Positions 8,115 to 17,077 of a stretch of DNA of 50,222 bases are shown in pieces (position 1 is the stretch's first letter; each line of letters opens with the position of its first letter). Under the pieces are notes generated by a model. It did no database searches. It was not told the DNA's origin and saw only the letters and a list, made by a program, of their open reading frames with translations. The position numbers were made by a program, and so were the translations under genes. The DNA is from a virus. Taxonomy: Duplodnaviria > Caudoviricetes. Where the stretch lies: the IMG/VR virus record IMGVR_UViG_3300031658_000011, positions 1 to 50,222 of that record. One strand, given 5' to 3'.

Positions 8115-8513
8115 ATGATCGAAAAAACACTCCAAGACCTTACCGACCAGATAGTCATTCTCGCAGGCCAGATGGAAAGTCTTCGCGCCCTGCTGCCCCC
8201 GCTCGAGCAGCCTCTACAGAGAGGCCCGACCGCCGAAGAGTGGCAAGCCGCTGTGCGCAGCTCTCCGATCGAACAGCGGGATGAGCCGCCCGAGAAGGAT
8301 TACCCGCACATGCACATACCCCTCAAGGTCCAACGATCTTTGGACGATGCGAGAGGCGTCGTGATGGCTATTGCTGACACGCTGGGGCGTGACAGGGCGA
8401 AGGAGCTTGTACAGTCCTTTGGCGTTGATCGCCTCGGCGATTTAGATGCCAGCAAGTACGACGATTTGGTTGAGACCGCGTCTGACTGGATGGTTAAGGC
8501 TGGCAAAGCGTGA
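8115..8513 (+). CDS. Hypothetical replication-module protein
   Basis: SD GAGAG; C-terminal LV..FG..RL..L...KY motif of the kind often seen upstream of DUF2800 genes. Confidence 0.75.
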   Translation: MIEKTLQDLTDQIVILAGQMESLRALLPPLEQPLQRGPTAEEWQAAVRSSPIEQRDEPPEKDYPHMHIPLKVQRSLDDARGVVMAIADTLGRDRAKELVQSFGVDRLGDLDASKYDDLVETASDWMVKAGKA

Positions 8514-8655
8514 TTCTCTTTATCGAAGCGATCAGTCCTGCGTGGTTCAAGCTGACGGTCCAGACGCCTGCTACTGGCTCACTGGTCTTCTTTGCAAAAA
8601 CGCGCGATCAAGTGACCGTCAAATGGCACAACTACCGATTAGCAATGGAGCAACG

Positions 8656-9870
8656 ATGAGCGCCCACGCTGTTTTTTCAGCCAGCAGCGCGCACCGCTGG
8701 ATACCCTGCCCCGGCTCTATTGAGATGTGCAGGGACATTCCTGACACGTCATCGCCTGCCGCGATCGAGGGTTCAGCCGCGCACTGCGTTGCTGCCAACT
8801 TGTTAGATGGTACTGAGGCCGACGTCAAAATGCTTTACCACAAGGCAAAAGATGCGCTGGTATGGCCTTCTGAGTATCCGGGTCCGGTGGAGTTGGATGC
8901 CGACATCGTGAGACTCGATGACGCGATGTTTGAACATGCCCATGCTTACGCAGACTACTGTAACGCGATCGTTGGCGACCATTTCACCGAGGTGCGGGTC
9001 AGCTATGAGTCCTACGTCAAGGGCGGCTTTGGAACGAGCGATCACATTGTATTAGGCGACGGCGTCATGGATGTCATCGACCTCAAATACGGAAAGGGCG
9101 TACTGGTACACGCTGACAAGAACGAGCAGGGTCTGCTCTACGCCCTTGGCGCGTACCTCGAGTTTGAGTTTGCTATGTCAACGCCGCTCAAGACCATACG
9201 CATACATATATACCAGCCGCGCAGAGATCACATCTCGGTCGCCGAGTATACGCTTGAGGAGGTTCTTGCGTTTGGGTTAGTTGCAGCCGAGGCCAGCGAG
9301 CTTGCTAGGCAGCGCCCTGCCCCACTGGTCCCCGGCAATAAGCAGTGCAGATTCTGCCTAGCAAAAGGCAAATGCCCAGCTCGGGCCGAAGAGTCAATGC
9401 GGGTTGCATGCGAAGAGTTTGGTGAGTTCGGCACTGCTCTTGAGACGTTACAAGCAGGCAAACCGCTGGCTACCAAGAATCCCGAGCTGCTGGATTACGC
9501 AGACCTTGGGCTGCTGCTAGAGCAAGTCCCTACCATCGAGGCGTGGTGCGCTGCGGTGCGAGAAGAAGCTTTTGGCGGTCTGGTCAAAGGGCTAGACGTT
9601 CCGGGTTTCAAGATTGTCGAGGGGCGCGCTAACAGGAAGTGGACAGGCAACAGCCAAGCCGAGGCCGCCCTGCTTTCGCTAGGAAAAAACCAACATGAAA
9701 TTTATACGTCGTCTCTTATCTCACCCGCGCAGGCTACCAAGCTGCTGGGTAAAGCAAAAGCTCGACACCTAGAATCTGTGATCACGAAGCCCAAGGGTAA
9801 GCCCAGCGTCGTGCCAACCGATGACCCACGCCCCGACTTTCAGTTTGACGACGGCCGTGAATTTAACTAG
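8656..9870 (+). CDS. DUF2800 Cas4-like PD-(D/E)XK exonuclease
   Basis: [31 protein letters not shown]...YALG, CRFC....CPAR; start after SD GGAG. Confidence 0.9.
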   Translation: MSAHAVFSASSAHRWIPCPGSIEMCRDIPDTSSPAAIEGSAAHCVAANLLDGTEADVKMLYHKAKDALVWPSEYPGPVELDADIVRLDDAMFEHAHAYADYCNAIVGDHFTEVRVSYESYVKGGFGTSDHIVLGDGVMDVIDLKYGKGVLVHADKNEQGLLYALGAYLEFEFAMSTPLKTIRIHIYQPRRDHISVAEYTLEEVLAFGLVAAEASELARQRPAPLVPGNKQCRFCLAKGKCPARAEESMRVACEEFGEFGTALETLQAGKPLATKNPELLDYADLGLLLEQVPTIEAWCAAVREEAFGGLVKGLDVPGFKIVEGRANRKWTGNSQAEAALLSLGKNQHEIYTSSLISPAQATKLLGKAKARHLESVITKPKGKPSVVPTDDPRPDFQFDDGREFN

Positions 9871-9888
9871 TAAAAAAAGGAAAACGCT

Positions 9889-10461
9889 ATGAACGCAACA
9901 GCACAGAAAAAAGAAGCATCTGATACTTCAGTTGTAACAGGACAAGGCCGAGGCTCTTACGTCTCAATTTTTACCCCCCGTCTTAACGAGCTGTCGGGCA
10001 AGGAGGAATACTCTATGTCCTTCCTGATACCTAAAGACGACAAGGACACCATCCGCAATTTGAACGGTGCGGTGGAGGCCGCGACTGCGGCGAAGTGGCC
10101 TGACGCTGGCAAGCGTCCCCCGAACTTGCGCCATCCCCTTCGGGACGGCGACGCTGAGAAACCTAACGACCCAGCATACGACGGTTGTTATTGGATCAAC
10201 GTCAAGACCAAGAACATGCCGGGGATTGTGGACGCGAAGGTCCAACCTGTTATAGACGCGCGCGATTTTGTGAGCGGAGACTATTGCAGGGTGTCGGTTA
10301 ACGCCTATGCCTACGATCAGAAGGGCAACCGAGGCGTCGCCTTCGGGCTGAACAATGTTCAAGTCACCGGAAAAGGCGAGCCGCTCTCGGGCGTTGGCCG
10401 ACGTGCCGAGGACGAGTTCAGCGCCATCAAGGACACGTCCGACGCTGATCCTTGGATGTAA
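9889..10461 (+). CDS. DUF2815 single-stranded DNA-binding protein
   Basis: YS..FLIPK.D, PLRDGD, SG.Y.R.S, GNRGVAFGLNNVQ..GEPL; acidic tail with an aromatic residue. Confidence 0.9.
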   Translation: MNATAQKKEASDTSVVTGQGRGSYVSIFTPRLNELSGKEEYSMSFLIPKDDKDTIRNLNGAVEAATAAKWPDAGKRPPNLRHPLRDGDAEKPNDPAYDGCYWINVKTKNMPGIVDAKVQPVIDARDFVSGDYCRVSVNAYAYDQKGNRGVAFGLNNVQVTGKGEPLSGVGRRAEDEFSAIKDTSDADPWM

Positions 10462-10605
10462 AAAGTAGAGAGTGTGCGCTAAGGAGGCCCAGTGGCGCAT
10501 CATTGAAGGGAGGGGTGACATTGCCCCTCCCTGACAAAATAACGCCTTCAGCCAGCCGCGCAACTACTCCTAGTTACATAGTTTTACGCGAAGGGCTGGC
10601 CGCTT

Positions 10606-10630
10606 GGCCCCCGTGACGGGCCTTTTTTTT
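10606..10630 (+). terminator. Rho-independent terminator directly before the polymerase RBS
   Basis: GGCCC...GGGCC stem plus T8. Confidence 0.75.
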
Positions 10631-10645
10631 GTTAAGGAGATTTTT

Positions 10646-12739
10646 ATTAAACTGCACATCGACCTTGAAACTTACTCGGACGTGGACCTACGCGCGCAGG
10701 GTATGTATGTGTACGCCGAGCATCCGACGACTGAGATTCTGATGGTCGGGGCCGCCTACGATGACAAAGAGCCAGTGCTATTTGACACCACCACCGACAA
10801 ACCACCGCAGTGGTTGCTGGATGATTTGATTGATCCTACTGTTGACAAGTTAGCATTTAATGCGCCCTTTGAAATGGAAATTTTAAGAAACGTCTGGGGC
10901 TTAGACATACAGACAGACGAGTGGACAGACGTGATGGTGCTGGCTAAAACCCTCTCGTTCTCAGGAGGTCTGGGTATGGTCGGCGAATGCGTCGGCATCC
11001 CCCAAGACGCGCGGAAATTAAGTCAAGGACGCGCGCTGATCAAGAAATTCTGTGGTCCGAAAGTGAAGACAGAAAAACACCCCCACGGCCGCAGCACAAA
11101 GCTTACCGACCCCGAGGCTTGGGCAGATTTCTGCGGGTACTGCGTACAGGACGTCATTGCCGAGCGCGCTATTTACCGGAAAATGCAACCCTTCGTTAAG
11201 TACACACACCCTGACGGCGAGCGATACATCTGGTTGTTAGACCAAGAGATCAATAAACGTGGACTGCCTATCGACAGTGAGCTGGTCGCGTCAGCCATTG
11301 AAGTGTACGGAAAAAATCTGAAAGGTTTGCTGGCAGCGATCAAGTCAATAACTGGATTGGATAATCCAAACTCGGTGGTTCAGCTACGGAGCTGGTTAGC
11401 CACCCAAGGCGTTGCTGTTGACAGCTTAACAAAAGAAGTCTTACGCGACGTACTCCTGCGGCCTGACCTTTCTAGCCACGTCCGCCAAGTCCTATTGCTG
11501 CGTCAAGAGGCCAGCAAAGTCTCGCCTAAAAAGTTCAGTGCTTTTAAGAAGCGGACGAGTGTGGACAGTAGGCTTCGAGGAGGCTTTCAATTCTACGGAG
11601 CCGCGCGGACGGGAAGATGGACAGGGAACGGCGTACAACCCCATAACCTTGTCGGCCCAACGGCTGCGTTTGCTGCCCCCGACACTCCACAGCTCCAGCG
11701 AAAACTTGCGCAGGCCATCAAAGCTGTCAAGCAGCAGGACTGCGAGCTTCTGACGATACTCTACCCGAGCGTGACAGACGCACTGGTCAGTACGATCCGG
11801 TGCGCGATTGCCGCCCCCGAGGGGCAGAGACTCAGGGTCGCTGACCTATCTTCGATCGAGACAGTGGTGATCGGGTGGCTGTCGGGCTGCGATCGAATCT
11901 TAGATTTATTCAGGACAGGCAAAGACGCATACAAAGATTTTGCCACTGAAGTTTTCTCTGTCGAGTATGACGACGTTACTAAAGACATGCGTAAGTTTTG
12001 TAAGCCGCCTGTCCTCGGCTGCGGCTTTGCGCTGGGCGCGAACGGACTGGCTGCCTACGCGCAGGGATTCGGTATGAACTTGTCACAGCTCTTTGAAGAC
12101 GGTGACAAGTGGTTAATCGACGGGCTGAAAAACCCCGAGGACCAGACAGCCGACACCCTCAGTGAACAGGAGAAGGCCGAGGGGGTGGGCAGGCGACTGG
12201 TCAATGTCTACCGACGTTCCTACCCCCAAGTCTCAGCTTTTTGGGCCTCCCTCAAGTTTGCGTCTTTCGACGCGCTGACAAACGCCTCCGGGTTTTCGCG
12301 CGCGGGGAAAATAACGTATGAGTACATAGAACCTTTTCTTTTTTGCCACCTTCCATCGGGGCGCTCGTTGAGTTACTTCAAACCCGAAGCTCGGATGCAG
12401 GAACACCCCAAGTTTGAACGGCCCGTGAAGACGCTGACCTACGAAGGCATTGATCAATACACTCGGAAGTGGTGTCGGTTGACAACTCACCCGGGCAAGC
12501 TGGCGGAGAACGCCGTGCAAGCTGTTGCCCGTGACCTGTTAGCAGCAGGGCTGCAAAACGCTGACGCCGCAGGGTTCGACATCGTCGGCCATGTTCACGA
12601 CGAAATACTGGCAACGACCGCCGAGGGTGGGCCAGACGTTGAAGGTCTTATTAACTGCATGACGGACGCGCCCGCGTGGGCAGAAGACATGCCCATTTTT
12701 GCGACGGGCTGGGAAGGCTCGTTCTACTTAAAAGATTAG
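10646..12739 (+). CDS. Family A DNA polymerase (APSE-like) with 3'-5' exonuclease; probable ATT start (ORF track starts at TTG 10604)
   Basis: ExoI HIDLET, ExoII AFNAPFE, ExoIII YCVQDV; TGRW, motif A ADLSSIE, motif B RKFCKPPVLGCGF, motif C HVHDE. Confidence 0.95.
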   Translation: MKLHIDLETYSDVDLRAQGMYVYAEHPTTEILMVGAAYDDKEPVLFDTTTDKPPQWLLDDLIDPTVDKLAFNAPFEMEILRNVWGLDIQTDEWTDVMVLAKTLSFSGGLGMVGECVGIPQDARKLSQGRALIKKFCGPKVKTEKHPHGRSTKLTDPEAWADFCGYCVQDVIAERAIYRKMQPFVKYTHPDGERYIWLLDQEINKRGLPIDSELVASAIEVYGKNLKGLLAAIKSITGLDNPNSVVQLRSWLATQGVAVDSLTKEVLRDVLLRPDLSSHVRQVLLLRQEASKVSPKKFSAFKKRTSVDSRLRGGFQFYGAARTGRWTGNGVQPHNLVGPTAAFAAPDTPQLQRKLAQAIKAVKQQDCELLTILYPSVTDALVSTIRCAIAAPEGQRLRVADLSSIETVVIGWLSGCDRILDLFRTGKDAYKDFATEVFSVEYDDVTKDMRKFCKPPVLGCGFALGANGLAAYAQGFGMNLSQLFEDGDKWLIDGLKNPEDQTADTLSEQEKAEGVGRRLVNVYRRSYPQVSAFWASLKFASFDALTNASGFSRAGKITYEYIEPFLFCHLPSGRSLSYFKPEARMQEHPKFERPVKTLTYEGIDQYTRKWCRLTTHPGKLAENAVQAVARDLLAAGLQNADAAGFDIVGHVHDEILATTAEGGPDVEGLINCMTDAPAWAEDMPIFATGWEGSFYLKD

Positions 12740-12747
12740 GAGCTGTA

Positions 12748-12975
12748 ATGGCATTTGGACTTAGCAAGAGCGAAGAAACAAAACTAAGGATCGAGCGGCT
12801 AGTGGCGCTACTGAACCAGAGTAACGATCTCTTGATCGGACTCGGGCAGTACGTCGGAGACAAAGATTCAAACCGCAAGGTCATGGAGGAAGTTATCGCG
12901 TCGAACCGCGTGGTAATAGACCAAGAGTTGGACACGATGCACATTGAAGAAAGCAGGATCATAACTCGGCTATGA
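12748..12975 (+). CDS. Hypothetical protein
   Basis: SD AGGAG then ATG; ATGA overlap downstream. Confidence 0.7.
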   Translation: MAFGLSKSEETKLRIERLVALLNQSNDLLIGLGQYVGDKDSNRKVMEEVIASNRVVIDQELDTMHIEESRIITRL

Positions 12976-13262
12976 GAGAAAGTGCGATTGAGAAGTACCT
13001 TGTCTCGCGGGTTAAGGCGGCGGGCGGCCTCGCCTTGAAGTGGTCTGCTCCGGGCAACAACGGAGTGCCAGACCGAATCGTATTTTTACCCGACACGTTC
13101 CTGACCCGTCTAGTTTTTGTCGAGTTAAAAGCTCCCGGCAAGCTACCGACAAAACTGCAACTCGCGGTCCACAAAAAACTGCGTACCTATGAGCAGTCAG
13201 TGGTAGTGGTAGCCAGCAAAAAACAAGTTGATAAATTACTCGGAGAGTTAGTATGTCCCTAA
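12972..13262 (+). CDS. VRR-NUC domain nuclease
   Basis: E..IE..L, GVPDR, FVELKAPG...T.LQ. Confidence 0.92.
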   Translation: MRESAIEKYLVSRVKAAGGLALKWSAPGNNGVPDRIVFLPDTFLTRLVFVELKAPGKLPTKLQLAVHKKLRTYEQSVVVVASKKQVDKLLGELVCP

Positions 13263-13540
13263 AGAGATTCAATGCTGAAGAACGACAAGAGCTTATGAAG
13301 ACGGCACTTGACCTGAAACAAACGGAGGGTCTCTCCAACCGGAGGATCGCCGGAAAGCTCGGAGTGTCGCCGACCACAATCAACCGACTCCTGAGACCAC
13401 AAGAGTTAGCAAAACCAAACCCCGTTAAAACTAAAAACTACCGCCCGTGGTTGCACGAAGTTCAGACTGCGGGCGTGGCGTTTATCCGCCGGGCTAATTC
13501 TCTTTGGCCGCCTACGAAAACTCCAAACGAGAAAGAGTAG
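13253..13540 (+). CDS. HTH DNA-binding protein
   Basis: GLSNRRIAGKLGVSPTTINRLL. Confidence 0.8.
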   Translation: MSLKRFNAEERQELMKTALDLKQTEGLSNRRIAGKLGVSPTTINRLLRPQELAKPNPVKTKNYRPWLHEVQTAGVAFIRRANSLWPPTKTPNEKE

Positions 13541-13541
13541 T

Positions 13542-14924
13542 ATGGAATTTAAACCGCGCAATTATCAGATACCCTCTATCCAGTTTTTACTGGACGTTAA
13601 AAAGTGCGGGCTGTTTCTTGACGTCGGGATGGGAAAGTCCGTAGTGGCTACTTCTGTTATTAGGACTACGATTTATTCGCAAGAGATTAACCACTGGCTC
13701 ATAGTGGCTCCATTGCGCGTCTGTCAAACGACATGGCGCAGTGAATTTGAGAAGTGGGACGAGTTAAAAGATTTAAGTGTTCAGTTTCTGGATGGGCTTC
13801 CTGCTAAGAAGCGGTTAACAGCAGTGGCGCAGCTTCGTAGCGACGTCACCGTAATTAACATCGACAATCTGGTGTGGCTGATCAAAGAAATAGGCGTAAA
13901 GAATTGGCCGTTCGACGGGCTAGTAATCGACGAGTCTTCTAAGTTTAAGTCTTCGGCCACGACACGCTTCAAGACACTGCGCAAAGTCCTGCACAAAGTT
14001 GACAGGTTGATTGAGCTGACGGGTTCACCCTGCGCGCAAGGGCTTCTCGGCCTCTGGTCTCAGATGTTTTTACTTGATCAAGGCGAGGCTTTAGGCAGAA
14101 CAAATTCAAGTTTCAAAGCAACTTTCTTTGATTCAGATTACATGGGTTATAAGTTCGACCCGAAGCCAAACGCCAGTGTAGATATCGAGAACGCAATACG
14201 TCACAGATGTCTGACGATGAGAGCTATAGATCATTTACCTATACCTGACACTATCCACAACGTAATCCATGTACCTCTGGATAAGAAGGCGACCGAGCAA
14301 TACCTTGAGATGGAGAGGCACTGCGTTTTAGAGCTTACCGACGCGGTGATTACAGCGGTTAACGCTGGAGTTCTTATTGGCAAGTTGTCACAAGTAGCCT
14401 GCGGAGCTGTGTATTTGGGTGAAGGGGCTGACAGGACTTGGACTGAACTACACAACTCGAAGTTCGATGCGCTGTCGGAGCTAGTGGACGAGGCGCAGGG
14501 AAGCCCATTTCTTCTGGCCTACCATTTCAAGTCGGACAGGGAGCGGCTAAGAGCTAAGTTCTCTGAGGACGTGCTAGAGTTTTTTGACGGCAGTGCCGAG
14601 CAGATTAAGAGGTGGGGCGACGGAGAGATACCAGTCCTTGCAGCGCAACCCGCGAGTGCGGGGCATGGAGTAGACAGCCTTCAACACGCCACATGCACGG
14701 TGGTCTGGCTCAGTCCTCCTTGGAGCCGAGAACTTTACGATCAGTTCAACGGCCGCGTCACAGGCGCTCGCCAGATAGGCACACAGTTTGAGACTACAAA
14801 CTCTGTCATACACCACCTTGTGGCGACGGGGACTATAGACGAGACCGCGATGGCGGTCCTTGAATTACGCGGCGCAAGCCAAAACGATTTTCTTAACGCG
14901 CTCAAAGCGCGAATGGGGCAGTAG
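13542..14924 (+). CDS. SNF2-family (SF2) helicase
   Basis: PRNYQ, GMGKS, IDESS, LTGSP, PASAGHG, Q..GR motifs. Confidence 0.92.
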   Translation: MEFKPRNYQIPSIQFLLDVKKCGLFLDVGMGKSVVATSVIRTTIYSQEINHWLIVAPLRVCQTTWRSEFEKWDELKDLSVQFLDGLPAKKRLTAVAQLRSDVTVINIDNLVWLIKEIGVKNWPFDGLVIDESSKFKSSATTRFKTLRKVLHKVDRLIELTGSPCAQGLLGLWSQMFLLDQGEALGRTNSSFKATFFDSDYMGYKFDPKPNASVDIENAIRHRCLTMRAIDHLPIPDTIHNVIHVPLDKKATEQYLEMERHCVLELTDAVITAVNAGVLIGKLSQVACGAVYLGEGADRTWTELHNSKFDALSELVDEAQGSPFLLAYHFKSDRERLRAKFSEDVLEFFDGSAEQIKRWGDGEIPVLAAQPASAGHGVDSLQHATCTVVWLSPPWSRELYDQFNGRVTGARQIGTQFETTNSVIHHLVATGTIDETAMAVLELRGASQNDFLNALKARMGQ

Positions 14925-15200
14925 ATGGGTGAGATTATAGGCATTGGGGACGTCGGTGTTGCACTTCAGAGAAGAGAAACTCTCGAGACGGCCCAAGACG
15001 TAGCGAAGCGAGTGACTGAAGGCGAGTGGAAAAACGCAGTGGGAATGTTGGCTATCGTAATAACTGAGGATAGTTTGATCTCTTTTACGACCAGCAAAAG
15101 CGTAGACGAGGCGACGGCGATAACGCTTGCCACTGTCGTCACACACGCGCTTTGCCCTTTATTACTATCAGACGAACTGGACTTTGAAGATGACTCCTGA
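14925..15200 (+). CDS. Hypothetical protein
   Basis: Abuts the helicase stop; 91 aa. Confidence 0.65.
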   Translation: MGEIIGIGDVGVALQRRETLETAQDVAKRVTEGEWKNAVGMLAIVITEDSLISFTTSKSVDEATAITLATVVTHALCPLLLSDELDFEDDS

Positions 15201-16362
15201 ATTAGCAAATGTACTACTTAAATATACGAATACGGAGGCGCAGCGAGAGTTGATTAAGATGCGCCGCGACGGTGCGACATGGCCCGAGGTTGCCACTAAG
15301 CTCAAAATCGACGGCGGCAACGGTCGGCAAACCATTCGCATCTTGAAAGAGCGAGCGGCGAAGCAAGGGTACGCGCCTGAGTACGACATGAACCATCCTG
15401 TGCCAGAGGGATTTGTCGTGAACAAAGTGTCAACTCTCTATGATGCAGAGGGCAATGTAAAATCGCAGTGGGTGAAGTCTCAGGGCGACAGGGAGAGGCA
15501 GTTGCAGATGCTGCTGGATACGATTCAAAGTGGTGGGAGTGGATATAAGAAGTATAAGCCCACCGCCCAACCGAAGAAATTAGACGCCGACCTTCTCTGC
15601 CTGTTAACCATAACAGACTTCCACTTAGGCATGTACGCATGGGCGGCCGAAGCGGGTGACGACTGGGACTCAGAAATAGCACGTTCGGTTTTCTTAGACT
15701 CGGTCGCGGCCATGATCGCGGCCGCACCCCCTGCGGGGACAGCCGTCTTAAATCAGCTAGGAGATTTTTTACATTTTGACGGGCTGCTCGCAGTGACCCC
15801 CACGGGGGGCAACATCCTAGACGCTGACACCAGATACGGAAAGCTGGTGGATATGTCCATGTCGGTAATGGCCGAGGCCATTCGGATGATGCTTAAAAAG
15901 TTCGGTGAAGTTCGCGTCATTCAAGCGGAAGGGAACCACGACATGGCTGGGTCGATATGGCTTCGCAAGCATCTCAAGCATGTATTCGCAGACGAGCCGC
16001 GTGTGTCAGTTGATGATAGTGAGTTCCCCTACTACGCATATCTGCACGGGAAAACAATGCTTGGATTTCACCACGGACATAAGGTCAAACTCGCGCAAAT
16101 GTTCAAGCTGTTTTCTTCTGAACCTAGATTCCGTGGTATGTGGGGCCAAGCTGACCACACCTACATACACTCCGGGCATCTGCACCATGAGCGCGTTGTC
16201 GAAAATGGCGGCGCGATTGCAGAGCAGCACCCAACCCTTTCGAGTAGGGATGCTTACGCCGCGCGGGGTGGCTGGATCAGCATGCGGGGAGCCAAGATGA
16301 TTACTTACGACAAGACAGACGGTGAAGTTCACCGAATCACAGTCCGACCACGGACAATATAA
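15190..16362 (+). CDS. Calcineurin-like metallophosphoesterase with N-terminal HTH
   Basis: TDFHLG, GDFLH, GNHD, HHGH, GHLHH motifs; GATWPEVATKL HTH-like segment. Confidence 0.85.
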   Translation: MTPELANVLLKYTNTEAQRELIKMRRDGATWPEVATKLKIDGGNGRQTIRILKERAAKQGYAPEYDMNHPVPEGFVVNKVSTLYDAEGNVKSQWVKSQGDRERQLQMLLDTIQSGGSGYKKYKPTAQPKKLDADLLCLLTITDFHLGMYAWAAEAGDDWDSEIARSVFLDSVAAMIAAAPPAGTAVLNQLGDFLHFDGLLAVTPTGGNILDADTRYGKLVDMSMSVMAEAIRMMLKKFGEVRVIQAEGNHDMAGSIWLRKHLKHVFADEPRVSVDDSEFPYYAYLHGKTMLGFHHGHKVKLAQMFKLFSSEPRFRGMWGQADHTYIHSGHLHHERVVENGGAIAEQHPTLSSRDAYAARGGWISMRGAKMITYDKTDGEVHRITVRPRTI

Positions 16363-16372
16363 GGGGGAGGTT

Positions 16373-16561
16373 ATGGATAATTATGGGACGCTAAAACTGA
16401 TAGAGGTACTTAGCCATATAGCCGTTTCTCTGCGCGCTATATCTAACGCAGTTGAGACCGCGATACGAGAAGACGTCGAAGACGTGGACGAGGACGAGGG
16501 CGAGGACGAGGAAGACGACGACGGCTCGCCGTCCTCTCATTTCGGAGGGGGTACTATATGA
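16373..16561 (+). CDS. Small acidic hypothetical protein
   Basis: Strong SD GGGGAGG; D/E tract. Confidence 0.7.
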   Translation: MDNYGTLKLIEVLSHIAVSLRAISNAVETAIREDVEDVDEDEGEDEEDDDGSPSSHFGGGTI

Positions 16562-16854
16562 GTCCGTACCGGAGCAGATTGGAAGTGGCTAAGAAAGGCT
16601 ACATAGCAACAGAGGGAGTTGGTGAGTGTGGTGTACGCCTGTGGTGGTGCGTCGCACAAGTCGGACATAGCTATACAAACATGAGTGTCGAAAACTTGCG
16701 GGTGCTATTCCCCGCATTAAAGAAGCAGGCTACTGACGGGAGAGACTGGGCCTACGTCATAGGCCACGCCGCTCAGTTTTTAATCGTGCCTGTGATTGTT
16801 TGCCAGCTCGTCGTAGTATTTAAACATCGACAGGAGACTTGGTATGGAGGCTAA
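16558..16854 (+). CDS. Hypothetical protein
   Basis: SD GGAGG, ATGA overlap. Confidence 0.55.
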   Translation: MSPYRSRLEVAKKGYIATEGVGECGVRLWWCVAQVGHSYTNMSVENLRVLFPALKKQATDGRDWAYVIGHAAQFLIVPVIVCQLVVVFKHRQETWYGG

Positions 16855-17077
16855 AGAAAAGTTGATAGTCACTATTACTGACCTGTCAACACTAATAGAC
16901 AAATCCCCTCGCTCAATCGAACACGCGATAGCGCGCGGTTCAGACTGGCTACCGCCGGGGTTCCGAATGGGTAAGAGATGGTGTTGGTTGAAGAAAGATA
17001 TTGAAGCGCATCTTATCAAACTTGCCGACCGCTCAGTTAAACCGTCACGAGTTGGGAGGCCACGTCGCCATGTTTAG
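16844..17077 (+). CDS. xis: Excisionase / AlpA-like recombination directionality factor
   Basis: Winged-HTH pattern LPP.FRMGKRWCW...DI and C-terminal GRPR; adjacent to the integrase. Confidence 0.8.
   Translation: MEAKEKLIVTITDLSTLIDKSPRSIEHAIARGSDWLPPGFRMGKRWCWLKKDIEAHLIKLADRSVKPSRVGRPRRHV

Noticed and set aside
8446-8655. Extended N-termini in the ORF track (8446, 6975, 10604, 12676, 15127, 16322, 34037, 36744)
   Set aside because: They overlap upstream genes or regulatory DNA; downstream starts have a better SD or coupling, or match family N-termini
8656-9870. Cas4-like gene as evidence of CRISPR-Cas
   Set aside because: No repeat-spacer array or other cas genes; it sits in the standard DUF2800-DUF2815-PolA replication module
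10646-12739. Z-genome (DpoZ) system
   Set aside because: No purZ, datZ or mazZ-like genes recognised in the window
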